Positions 1-8,278 of a stretch of 64,000 nucleotides of DNA are shown piece by piece; the first letter of the stretch is position 1, and each line of letters opens with the position of its first letter. Source of the DNA: Candidatus Omnitrophota bacterium. Lineage in GTDB: Bacteria > Omnitrophota > Gorgyraeia > Duberdicusellales > 4484-171. Below the pieces are notes generated by a model. It saw only the letters and a list, made by a program, of their open reading frames with translations, was not told the origin of the DNA and searched no databases. Location of the stretch: contig JAIPGM010000002.1 of assembly GCA_021735655.1 (NCBI GenBank), positions 224,001 to 288,000 of the forward strand, given 5' to 3'. The translations under genes were made by a program, and so were the position numbers.

Positions 1-1284
1 ATCTTCTTAGTCAGCCCAGGTCGTTTAGTCGCACTTTCATTCTGGGAAAAAAGCTTCATTGACAACTCTTGTTCTGCTCGCAAGCAAAAACTTGGAGAAG
101 TTGTTAAGAGTAGCGGAAATATAATTAAACTAGTCAATTATCAACCCGGAGGATGGCAACTATTGTTAAATGATAAGCCATTTATGGTCAAAGCAATAAC
201 TTACGGACCTACTAGAGTTGGAGAATCTCCTGATGATGGTAGTATGCAGAACTGGACTACTCAGGATTTAAATGAAAATGGAATTATTGACTCAGGTTTT
301 GAAACTTGGGTTGATAAAAACCAAAATAATCTTCAAGATGAAGGGGAAAAAGTGGTTGGCGATTTTGCTCTTCTTAAGCAAATGGGGGCTAACTCGATTA
401 GGCTCTATCATCAGCCTCTAGAATTAAATAAAAAAATTCTTCGACAAATGTATGAAAAATATGGTATATATGTACTACTGGGTGATTTCCTTGGTAAATA
501 CGCCTTAGGTAGTGGTGCAGATTGGGACCCAGGAACCGATTATGATAATCCGGACCAAAAGCAGAAAATGCTTGAAAGTATTGAGAAAATGGTCCGAGAG
601 TTTAAGGATGAACCCTACGTTCTGATGTGGCTTTTAGGTAACGAAAACGTTTATGGTCTAGGATGTAATGCTGACAAGAAGCCAGAAAGCTTCTTTAAAT
701 TTGCTAATGAGGCAGCCCGCCTCATTAAGTCTTTAGATCCAAAAAAGCGTCCAGTAGCCATTGTTTCAGGGGATATTCTGTATTTAGATATCTTTGCTAA
801 AAATTGCCCTGACATTGATATTTTTGGTACCAATGCTTATCGGGGAAAATATGGGTTTTTAGATATTTGGGATGAAGTTAGCCGAGTTGCGAATAAAGCA
901 ACGATGATAACCGAGTATGGTACTTCTTCTTATGCCAAGGGTTACTCTTTGGAGGAAGCTGAACAATACCAAGCCGGCTATCATCGAGCTTGTTGGGAAG
1001 ATATAATCTGTAACTCTGCTGGTTTCGGAGCTGGAAATGCCGTTGGCGGAATAGCTTTCGAATGGATAGACGAGTGGTGGAAGGCGTATAAGCCTGCTTA
1101 CCACGATCGTAAAGGTCTTTTTAGCGGGCCGTTTCTTGATGGATATATGCATGAAGAATGGCTTGGTGTCTCTGGTCAGGGCGATGGAAGTAAATCACCT
1201 TATTTGCGCCATTTAAAAAAGTCTTATTTTACGTACAAAGAACTTTGGAATCAACCTTGCGAAGAAAGGGTAAGTAAAAATTAG
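1..1284 (+). CDS. Clan GH-A (beta/alpha)8 glycoside hydrolase, 5-prime partial (frame open to window edge)
   Basis: There is no in-frame stop between pos 1 and the TTG at 163, and the upstream translation (..KLVNYQPGGWQLLLNDKPFMVKAITYGP) aligns to the N-region of the paralog at 2646. It has an LLGNENVYG (acid/base NE) motif, an MITEYG (nucleophile E) motif, and FEWIDEWWK. Confidence 0.5.
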   Translation: MFLVSPGRLVALSFWEKSFIDNSCSARKQKLGEVVKSSGNIIKLVNYQPGGWQLLLNDKPFMVKAITYGPTRVGESPDDGSMQNWTTQDLNENGIIDSGFETWVDKNQNNLQDEGEKVVGDFALLKQMGANSIRLYHQPLELNKKILRQMYEKYGIYVLLGDFLGKYALGSGADWDPGTDYDNPDQKQKMLESIEKMVREFKDEPYVLMWLLGNENVYGLGCNADKKPESFFKFANEAARLIKSLDPKKRPVAIVSGDILYLDIFAKNCPDIDIFGTNAYRGKYGFLDIWDEVSRVANKATMITEYGTSSYAKGYSLEEAEQYQAGYHRACWEDIICNSAGFGAGNAVGGIAFEWIDEWWKAYKPAYHDRKGLFSGPFLDGYMHEEWLGVSGQGDGSKSPYLRHLKKSYFTYKELWNQPCEERVSKN

Positions 1285-1364
1285 AATTACAGAAACACGA
1301 AATAACCACGGGAAGTGTAAAATTTCTGTAATTCTAGTAAGTAGTTAAGGTAGTCCGTGGTTAT
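1284..1364 (+). promoter_or_regulatory. Interleaved perfect inverted repeats (A-B-A'-B' order, pseudoknot-like) between the GH stop and the RBS of the next gene
   Basis: The 12-bp perfect arm gaattacagaaa (1284-1295) pairs with tttctgtaattc (1323-1334). A second 10-bp perfect arm ataaccacgg (1302-1311) pairs with ccgtggttat (1355-1364). The RBS aagaggagg follows at 1370-1378. Confidence 0.35.
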
Positions 1365-1386
1365 AAGAAAAGAGGAGGTTCACGAA

Positions 1387-2577
1387 ATGGGCAAAAGACT
1401 TTTGTTGAGCATTTTCTGTTTTGTTGCGGCGACTGGATTTGTCGTAGGCAGCTATGCCTTGAGTGGCGAATGTTTGGCTGTAGATAATTTCTTTGTCTAT
1501 ACCGACAAAAATTCACCACAGAATAACTTTATTCCTAGTGGTTGGATGGGTGACTATGGGGATTTGCGGATGAACGACCAGGCAACTGATGAGTACGCTT
1601 CTGGAGCAACCTCAATTAAGATCACCTATACCGCAAAAAAAGCCCAAAATCAGGGCTGGGCTGGTATTTTCTGGCAATCAGCACAAGGCAACTGGGGCGA
1701 GAAAGATACTGGAATTGATTTAAGTCGTTACAACAAGCTTGTTTTAAAAGCTAAGGGTGAAAACGGCGGCGAGGTAATAACCAAAATAAAGGTTGGTGGA
1801 ATTACTAATAATTCAGCTACTGGAGAGCCAGTATCTTTTCCTGACACTCTTGATGTAGAATCGGGACCAATACGCCTAACTAATGACTGGCAAGAATATT
1901 CTATAAATCTTGCTGAGCAAGATTTATCTAACGTTAACGGCGGCTTTGCTATAATTTTCAACGTTGATCATGCTGAAGGTGGACAAACAATCTATCTAGA
2001 TGAAATTCACTTTACTTATGATGCCGGACTAAAAAAAGAAGAAGCAAGAGTTAATCTTCCTTTTTATGTTTATGCTGATTCAAACTCTTTAGACAATCAC
2101 TTCATTCCCAGTGGTTGGATGCCGGCAACTGCCGCAAGAGATTTGCATATAAACACAAATTGGAAAAATTACCCTTTTTCAGGTGACAGCTCGATAAGAG
2201 TTGAATACAAAAATGAATCAGGAACACGTTGGGCTGGCATCTATTGGCAGCAACCGGCAAATAACTGGGGAACAGTACCTAATGCTGGATATAATCTTCA
2301 AGGGGCCAGCAAACTTACTTTTTGGGCTCGTGGAGACAGCGGAGCTGAAGTAATCAATGAATTCAAAGTTGGAGGAATTTCCAGCGGCGAGTATATTGAT
2401 TCTGACAGTGCCAGTATCGGCCCAGTTCAGTTATCTCCTGAATGGAAAAAGTATGAGATTGATTTGACCGGTAAAGACCTTTCATACATTATTGGTGGTT
2501 TTTGCTGGGCAACTAACATCGACGTAAACGATCCAGAAGGAATAGTATTTTACCTCGATGAAATTGCTTACGAATAA
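1387..2577 (+). CDS. Secreted protein built from two tandem ~185-aa CBM-like (beta-sandwich) repeats
   Basis: An ATG at 1387 follows the strong RBS aagaggagg and opens a signal peptide (MGKRLLLSIFCFVAATGFVVGSYA). The internal duplication is visible in FIPSGWMGDYGD/FIPSGWMPATAARD, GWAGIFWQS/RWAGIYWQQ, EVITKIKVGGI/EVINEFKVGGI and IYLDEIHFTYD/FYLDEIAYE. The track start (GTG 1357) is probably too far upstream. Confidence 0.5.
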   Translation: MGKRLLLSIFCFVAATGFVVGSYALSGECLAVDNFFVYTDKNSPQNNFIPSGWMGDYGDLRMNDQATDEYASGATSIKITYTAKKAQNQGWAGIFWQSAQGNWGEKDTGIDLSRYNKLVLKAKGENGGEVITKIKVGGITNNSATGEPVSFPDTLDVESGPIRLTNDWQEYSINLAEQDLSNVNGGFAIIFNVDHAEGGQTIYLDEIHFTYDAGLKKEEARVNLPFYVYADSNSLDNHFIPSGWMPATAARDLHINTNWKNYPFSGDSSIRVEYKNESGTRWAGIYWQQPANNWGTVPNAGYNLQGASKLTFWARGDSGAEVINEFKVGGISSGEYIDSDSASIGPVQLSPEWKKYEIDLTGKDLSYIIGGFCWATNIDVNDPEGIVFYLDEIAYE

Positions 2578-2592
2578 ACGGAAATAATAAAC

Positions 2593-2622
2593 CCTACTAG
2601 AGACTTTGTTCTCTAGTAGGGC
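2593..2622 (+). terminator. Hairpin downstream of the CBM-repeat gene (possible terminator; weak U tract)
   Basis: The sequence ccctactagaga-ctttgtt-ctctagtaggg gives a perfect 11-12 bp stem, but it is followed by cagtcttaatttaaatttt rather than a clean T-run. Confidence 0.3.
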
Positions 2623-2645
2623 AGTCTTAATTTAAATTTTATTTT

Positions 2646-4028
2646 ATGTTTAAAAACTTTAAATTTACTTGGGCTAATTTTAAAATAGACAGAAAACGTG
2701 CTCAACGTCTTTGTGTAGCATTCATTTTTTTAATGCTGATTGGAATATTTGGCTATCTTTTAGCTTATACCCGTTTTTTAACCCTTCAATCTAAAACGAT
2801 AAGCCTTATTTCTCTGAACAAAAAATTAACAGCTAAACTTAAAAATTGTCGGGAGCGACTTGAATTATGTCAAGATCGCTTTGTAAAAAAAGTTGAAATA
2901 ATCCCTAATTCTTGCGGTGGTTACAACTTTTATGTTAAAGGAAAACCTTTTCTAGTAAAAGGCGTAGGCTATAATCCTACGCCAATAGGTAAAGGTTACG
3001 ACTATGAACTTTTCAGCGATGAGACTAAACCTTGGCTCGTTGACGGTAAACTTATGAAAGAGGCCGGCATAAACTGTGTCCGTATTTATTCAACTGGTAG
3101 TGATTTAGAAAAAGTTAAAGAATTTATCAGTGATATGTATGAAAAATTTGGTATTTATACTTTAGTTAGCGATTGGCTAGGATTGTGGGATTATCCACGA
3201 GCAAACTATGCCGATCAAAAATTTCGTGAACGAACTAAGAAAAGAATTTTAGGAATCGTTGAAGCCTTAAAAAATGAAGAAGGCCTATTAATGTGGATCC
3301 TTGGTAATGAAAATAACTATACCTTTTCCGGGCGTATTGGATTTTGGACTTCAAATGAAATCGAAAAGCTTCCTGAAGCTTGTGATAAGCAAAATAAACG
3401 CGCTGAGATTTACTACAGTTTTGTTAATGACCTCACTTTAGCGATTAAAAAAATAGACCCGTTGCATCCAATAGCTTTAGGCAATGGTGAGGCTAACTTT
3501 CTTCAAATTGCCTCTCAACAGGCCAAAGATGTAGATCTTCTAGCAATAATTATCTATCGTGGTAAAAGTTTCGGTAATTTATTCAATAGCGTTCGTCACT
3601 CTTTCGATAAACCGATTATGCTTTCAGAATTTGGCTCCGATTCTTATGATGCTTATCGTGAGAAGGAAGACCAGGATATTCAATCTGAATTTTTAATTTC
3701 GCAGTGGAAAGATTTGTATGCTAATACCACAATCAGCGGTAACTGCGAAGCAAATGCGATCGGTGGGTCTCTTTTTGAATGGAATGATGAGTGGTGGAAG
3801 CATAATGAGGGTTACAGCGATGGCTGGAGCATCCACGATACCGAAGCTGGCTGGTCTCACGGAGCCTATTTTTTTGATATTCGTGCCAAAAATAATTTGA
3901 ATATGAATGAAGAATGGTTTGGTATCGTTAGCTTAAGTAAAGACAAGGAAAATGGAATAAATAAAAGGAATCCTAAAAAGTCTTACTACGATCTTCGTAC
4001 TTTTTTCGGCCAACCTTATACCGATTAA
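2646..4028 (+). CDS. Clan GH-A glycoside hydrolase paralog with N-terminal TM anchor and coiled-coil stretch
   Basis: It carries LLMWILGNENNY (NE acid/base), MLSEFGSDSY (nucleophile) and FEWNDEWWKHNEGY, matching the ORF at 1..1284. The N-terminus has a hydrophobic segment (LCVAFIFLMLIGIFGYLLAY). Confidence 0.5.
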   Translation: MFKNFKFTWANFKIDRKRAQRLCVAFIFLMLIGIFGYLLAYTRFLTLQSKTISLISLNKKLTAKLKNCRERLELCQDRFVKKVEIIPNSCGGYNFYVKGKPFLVKGVGYNPTPIGKGYDYELFSDETKPWLVDGKLMKEAGINCVRIYSTGSDLEKVKEFISDMYEKFGIYTLVSDWLGLWDYPRANYADQKFRERTKKRILGIVEALKNEEGLLMWILGNENNYTFSGRIGFWTSNEIEKLPEACDKQNKRAEIYYSFVNDLTLAIKKIDPLHPIALGNGEANFLQIASQQAKDVDLLAIIIYRGKSFGNLFNSVRHSFDKPIMLSEFGSDSYDAYREKEDQDIQSEFLISQWKDLYANTTISGNCEANAIGGSLFEWNDEWWKHNEGYSDGWSIHDTEAGWSHGAYFFDIRAKNNLNMNEEWFGIVSLSKDKENGINKRNPKKSYYDLRTFFGQPYTD

Positions 4029-4072
4029 TAACAGTTTTGTTGCACAGACTATTTTGATATAATGTAATTTGG

Positions 4073-4705
4073 ATGAAAAATTATTGGAATCTAGCCATAA
4101 CTTTCTCTTTGATTTTTCATAGTGCCTTAATTATACGCTTACCTCAATTGACTTTTTTTAGCAAAAAAAGAAACGCTGTTAAAACGGAAATTAAAAAAGA
4201 AGTAACCATGGTACCTGAAAATGTTAAAGAGAAGGTAAAGGTCAGGACTGATTCGATAGCCCTAATCGAACCTGCACCTTATACTGAAAATATTATGGAT
4301 ACGCTTATAAAAAATGGCGGTATTACCACAATGAGTAAAACTGATGTTTTTGAAAAAAACATTAAAGAAATCGTTCTTTCTGAAATACCGCCACACAATA
4401 AGGAACTAAAAAAAAATCCAGCCTATATGAACTATTATCGTCTTATCCGAGAAAAAATACGTAGTAATACTTATCGTTACTATCGCTCAAGTAATACTGG
4501 TAAGGTATTGTTAAGCTTCATCGTGCTTAAAGACGGTGACTTAGGTGAGTTTTTTCTAGACGATGAATCAGTGGCTGATGATGGTTTGCGCCAGATAACT
4601 CTAGAAAGCATTAAAGATGCAGCTCCTTTTCCGCCTTTCCCTGATGAGTTAAGTAATTATACCCAGCTTAGCTTTCGTATCCCAATTTACTTTAAAAATA
4701 ATTAA
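4073..4705 (+). CDS. TonB C-terminal domain-like protein (energy transducer TonB family), N-terminal membrane anchor
   Basis: An N-terminal hydrophobic helix is followed by a charged linker. The C-terminus (GKVLLSFIVLKDGDLGEFFLDDESVADDGLRQITLESIKDAAPFPPFP) resembles the TonB_C fold signature. Confidence 0.4.
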   Translation: MKNYWNLAITFSLIFHSALIIRLPQLTFFSKKRNAVKTEIKKEVTMVPENVKEKVKVRTDSIALIEPAPYTENIMDTLIKNGGITTMSKTDVFEKNIKEIVLSEIPPHNKELKKNPAYMNYYRLIREKIRSNTYRYYRSSNTGKVLLSFIVLKDGDLGEFFLDDESVADDGLRQITLESIKDAAPFPPFPDELSNYTQLSFRIPIYFKNN

Positions 4706-4709
4706 TCTG

Positions 4710-4850
4710 GGTTACCTGCGAAGTGGCCCTGCCGTCTTGCTCAGGGGCTTCTCGCCGTAACGAAGTGCGATTGAGGGTGCAAAAGGAAAGAATTAACCCA
4801 AGAGTAGCCGAGCAACTTTATGGAAATGCATAATTCGACTAAGCCCTCAT
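4710..4850. other. GC-rich, stem-rich intergenic element of unknown nature (candidate structured RNA)
   Basis: Local GC is far above the window average. Nested complementary segments include gggtta...taaccc, gccctg...cagggc and tgaggg...ccctca. No family could be assigned by eye. Confidence 0.2.
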
Positions 4851-4854
4851 TACT

Positions 4855-4883
4855 TGACATTCGAGGTTAGGATTATATAATAT
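4855..4883 (+). promoter_or_regulatory. Near-consensus sigma70-type promoter immediately upstream of amrB ATG (leaderless-type transcript likely)
   Basis: TTGACA (4855-4860), a 16-nt spacer and TATAAT are present. The ATG at 4888 lies about 6 nt after the -10 element, with no room for an SD sequence. Confidence 0.35.
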
Positions 4884-4887
4884 AGCG

Positions 4888-5691
4888 ATGATAAGGAAGC
4901 CGGCGGTAAGCGGGCAATTTTACCCTAGTGATAAAAGAGATCTTGAGGCTACAATCGATGGATTTAAGCCTAAAAGAAACAATAAAATTTCTGCTAAGGG
5001 TATAATTCTTCCTCATGCTGGTTACGCTTATTCAGGACGGGTAGCAGTTGAAACAATCAGTAGAGTTTTAGCTAAAAAAAAATTGATTTTACTTGGACCC
5101 AATCATACTGGGTTGGGTGAAAAGTTTAGTCTTTGGGGTAAAGGAAAGTGGGAGACCCCTTTGGCCTCAATTAATATTGACGAAGAGTTAAGCAAGCGTA
5201 TTTTAGGAACCGGAAGCTTAATTGCTGAAGATAAGCTTGCTCATCAGCACGAACATTCTTTAGAGGTTCAGTTACCGATTCTATATCGTTTTTTTGGACA
5301 ATTTAGTTTTGTTCCGATCGCTTGTCAACAAGCGAGCCTTGCAAATTATCGTAAGGTTGCAGCTCAGATTTGCCAAGCGATAAAAGCTCAAGAGGATGAA
5401 GTTCTTTTCATTGCTTCGACTGACCTAACTCATTATGAACCTGATATAACAGCAAGGGTCAAGGATAGGACAGTTATCGAAGCAATTATTAACTTGGACG
5501 AAGAAGAGCTACTAAACAAAGTTAAGGCAAAAGGCATAACTATGTGCGGTGTGGCTCCGGTAGCGATTCTTCTTTGTTGTTTAAAAGCGGTTGGCGCCAA
5601 AAAAGCAGAAGTTTGTCTTTATCAGACTAGCGGCGACGCAGGTGGAGATAAAACTTCAGTTGTCGGTTATGTAGGGATGATTATTAAATAA
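4888..5691 (+). CDS. amrB: AmmeMemoRadiSam system protein B (MEMO1-family)
   Basis: The N-terminal PAVSGQFYP motif and the ILPHAGYAYSG motif are typical of the Memo family. Confidence 0.75.
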   Translation: MIRKPAVSGQFYPSDKRDLEATIDGFKPKRNNKISAKGIILPHAGYAYSGRVAVETISRVLAKKKLILLGPNHTGLGEKFSLWGKGKWETPLASINIDEELSKRILGTGSLIAEDKLAHQHEHSLEVQLPILYRFFGQFSFVPIACQQASLANYRKVAAQICQAIKAQEDEVLFIASTDLTHYEPDITARVKDRTVIEAIINLDEEELLNKVKAKGITMCGVAPVAILLCCLKAVGAKKAEVCLYQTSGDAGGDKTSVVGYVGMIIK

Positions 5692-5715
5692 ACGATTTTA
5701 AATTAGGAGAAAATA

Positions 5716-6057
5716 ATGGATCAAGAAGCTCAAAAGAAAGTGGATGAAAGTTGGAAAAATCAGGTACGTAAAGAAAAGGAAGAAACCGAAAACAAAAATG
5801 ATACTTATCATCAGCCGAATTTTTCAATATTTTTATCATCTTTAGGAATGCAAGCTATGATTGCAATGGGAAAACTAGAAAACCCTTTAACTAAAAAGCT
5901 TGAGATCAACCTTGAGCAAGCAAGATTTTTAATTGACACTATCGGAGTAATTAAGGAAAAAACTAAAGGTAACCTTAGCCCTGAAGAGGAAACTTTGTTG
6001 AACGATTCACTTTATAGTTTACGCATGATTTACGTGGAGTCTAAAGGTGATAAATAA
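5716..6057 (+). CDS. Small hypothetical protein, DUF1844-like
   Basis: QPNFSIFLSSLGMQAMIAMG and KTKGNLSPEEE LL pattern resemble DUF1844. The assignment rests on memory and is not verified. Confidence 0.3.
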   Translation: MDQEAQKKVDESWKNQVRKEKEETENKNDTYHQPNFSIFLSSLGMQAMIAMGKLENPLTKKLEINLEQARFLIDTIGVIKEKTKGNLSPEEETLLNDSLYSLRMIYVESKGDK

Positions 6058-6214
6058 AGATCTTTTAAGTATTCTTGCTTGTCCGGCCTGTAAAGGTTCA
6101 GTTAATTTAGAGAATCAGACAGTTGTCTGTGAAGTTTGCGCTAAGGCTTATCCGATTAAGGACGGTATTCCAATAATGATTGTCGAGGAGGCAGAAAAAC
6201 ATGAAATCAAGTAA
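6047..6214 (+). CDS. Trm112-like / UPF0434 small zinc-ribbon protein (below 60 aa, absent from the ORF track)
   Basis: The translation is ..LLSILACPACKGSVNLENQTVVCEVCAKAYPIKDGIPIMIVEEAEKHEIK*. It has a CPxCKG...C..C...YPI.DGIP.M motif. The GTG at 6047 is the probable start, and the ORF overlaps the aroQ start. Confidence 0.45.
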   Translation: MINKDLLSILACPACKGSVNLENQTVVCEVCAKAYPIKDGIPIMIVEEAEKHEIK

Positions 6215-6665
6215 AGTGAAAAAAGTTTTAATTATCCACGGACCCAACCTGCATCTTTTGGGTAAGCGCGAACCAGACATCTACGGAAACTTTAGCTTGT
6301 TAGATTTAAATCGTGACTTAAAGCTTAAAGCTAAAAAAAGTAAGATTGCGATAGCGATTTTTCAGTCTAATTCTGAAGGAGAAATCGTTGAAAAAATAAC
6401 TAACTCTAAGTATGATTTTTTAATAATTAACCCCGCTGCTTACACACATACTTCAGTGGCCATTCGTGATGCGCTTCTTGGCGTAAATAAACCTACCCTT
6501 GAGGTGCATATTTCAAATATTTACCGGCGAGAAGACTTTAGAAAAAAATCCCTAGTCAGCGACGTTGTCTTAGGAATTATTGGTGGGTTAGGTAAATGGA
6601 GTTACTTATTGGCCTTAGATGCCGCCATTGCCTTCTTTAAGAATAACCTTTCAGCAAAAAAGTGA
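6201..6665 (+). CDS. aroQ: 3-dehydroquinate dehydratase, type II
   Basis: MKSSKVKKVLIIHGPNLHLLGKREPDIYG matches the type II DHQase N-terminal signature, with an RBS gaggagg at 6185-6191. The track start at 6180 (TTG) is probably too long. Confidence 0.8.
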   Translation: MKSSKVKKVLIIHGPNLHLLGKREPDIYGNFSLLDLNRDLKLKAKKSKIAIAIFQSNSEGEIVEKITNSKYDFLIINPAAYTHTSVAIRDALLGVNKPTLEVHISNIYRREDFRKKSLVSDVVLGIIGGLGKWSYLLALDAAIAFFKNNLSAKK

Positions 6666-7726
6666 AAGCAAGAATTAAAAAGTGCTCGCAATTAATGCGC
6701 AAAAGCGGTTACGAAGCGCTTTTTGTTTCGGACCCTTTGAATCTTGCGTATCTAACTGGATCTCGAGAAGTTGAAGGGTACCTTCTCATTTCCACCAAAA
6801 ACAAACCGATTTTTTTTACCAATTTTATATATCAAACAACGGCTAAAAAGTTGAGCGATTGCAATCTTGTTATTGCTAAGCAAGCTGAAAGCACCTTTAA
6901 ACTTGTTGCCGACTGCGCTGCCCGCTTAAAAATTAAACGTCTTGGCTTCGAGGCTCAAAGTTTTAATTTTAAACAATATCAAAAACTCAAATTTTTGCTG
7001 ACCGAGAAGAAAATAAACTGCTTGATAACTGATGGTTTAATCGAAAATCTACGGGCAATCAAAGAGCCCGATGAGCTCAAACTAATAAAGAAATCAATCC
7101 AAATTAGTGAAGAAGCTTTTCAATTTGCCAGGGAAATATTTGAAGGTTCAATGAGTGAAAAAGGGCTAAAGATTGAGCTGGAGCGTTTTTTAAGGCTCAA
7201 AGGAGACAATGAAATTGCCTTTAGTTCAATCGTTGCTTCTGGTAAAAATACAGCCTTTCCGCATCATTGCTCGAATGAAACGATAATTGGTAATAAATTT
7301 TTCCTAATTGACTTAGGTTCAAAATATTATGGATATTGCGCTGACTTGACAAGGGTATTCTTCTGCGGTAGAATGCCCCTTCTTTTTAGAAAAATACACG
7401 ATACAGTACGAAAAAGCCAAGCTCAGGCTATAGCAAAAATCAAAGCTGGGGTTAGAGCTTGTGATGTAGATAGTACAGCACGCAAAATAATCGATAAACA
7501 AGGCTGGGGAAAATATTTTGGACATAGTTTAGGGCACGGCGTTGGAATGGCCGTACACGAAGCACCCCGAATTGGACCAAAAAACACCACCGTGCTAAAA
7601 GAAGGTATGGTGGTTACAATCGAGCCGGGTATTTATTTAAATAATAAATTCGGCATCCGACTAGAAGATATGGTGTTGGTAAAAAAAGATAAGTCAGAGG
7701 TGTTGAGTGGGCATGGTAATTGGTGA
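6662..7726 (+). CDS. M24B Xaa-Pro aminopeptidase/dipeptidase
   Basis: HSLGHGVGMAVHEAP and GMVVTIEPGIY metal-binding motifs are present, together with an N-terminal creatinase-like domain. Confidence 0.75.
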   Translation: MKARIKKCSQLMRKSGYEALFVSDPLNLAYLTGSREVEGYLLISTKNKPIFFTNFIYQTTAKKLSDCNLVIAKQAESTFKLVADCAARLKIKRLGFEAQSFNFKQYQKLKFLLTEKKINCLITDGLIENLRAIKEPDELKLIKKSIQISEEAFQFAREIFEGSMSEKGLKIELERFLRLKGDNEIAFSSIVASGKNTAFPHHCSNETIIGNKFFLIDLGSKYYGYCADLTRVFFCGRMPLLFRKIHDTVRKSQAQAIAKIKAGVRACDVDSTARKIIDKQGWGKYFGHSLGHGVGMAVHEAPRIGPKNTTVLKEGMVVTIEPGIYLNNKFGIRLEDMVLVKKDKSEVLSGHGNW

Positions 7727-8267
7727 GTTAAGGCCAGGAATGGCTATTATTTATAACGATCAGCTTTATTTATTAATTAACTGCGAGCACACCAAAATTG
7801 CTAGAGGCCCGGCCTTCTGTCGAGCAAGGTTAAGAAATTTAAAAACTGATCAGGTGCTTGAGCGAACTTTGCGTGATTCTGACAATGTTGAACCGGCTTT
7901 TATTGAAAAACGTAAACTTCAATATCAGTACCATCAAGACGACCAGTACCACTTTATGGACTTAGAAACCTATGAAGATCTTTTATTGCATAAATCGCGA
8001 ATTGCCGATAAATCTTTTTGGCTAGTAGACAACCTGGAGCTGGTCGGTCTTTTTTACGATAATAAACTTATTGATTTAGAATTTCCGCCTTCTTTAATAT
8101 TTAAAGTTACTGAAACTGATCCTGGATTTAGAGGCGATACAGTTAAACAAGGCACTAAGCCGGCAACACTTGAAACCGGATTGGTTATTAATGTGCCGAA
8201 TTTCATAAATAGCGGTGAAAATATTAGGGTGAATACAAAAACTAAGGATTATTTGGGCCGAGCATAA
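7713..8267 (+). CDS. efp: Elongation factor P
   Basis: LLINCEHTKIARGPAFCRARLRNLKTDQ matches the EF-P KPGKG-loop region, and the protein has the three-domain EF-P length. Confidence 0.85.
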   Translation: MVIGELRPGMAIIYNDQLYLLINCEHTKIARGPAFCRARLRNLKTDQVLERTLRDSDNVEPAFIEKRKLQYQYHQDDQYHFMDLETYEDLLLHKSRIADKSFWLVDNLELVGLFYDNKLIDLEFPPSLIFKVTETDPGFRGDTVKQGTKPATLETGLVINVPNFINSGENIRVNTKTKDYLGRA

Positions 8268-8278
8268 AGGGGGCAAAT

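Noticed and set aside
651-1152. Minus-strand ORFs 651..833 and 859..1152 inside the first GH gene
   Set aside because: They are antisense to a coding region with clear catalytic motifs, have no RBS and match no family. They are shadow ORFs.
1728-1961. Minus-strand 77-aa ORF inside the CBM-repeat gene
   Set aside because: Antisense shadow ORF of a gene with strong internal-repeat coding signal.
3718-3900. Plus-strand 60-aa ORF in an alternative frame of GH paralog 2
   Set aside because: Out-of-frame overlap inside a convincing CDS.
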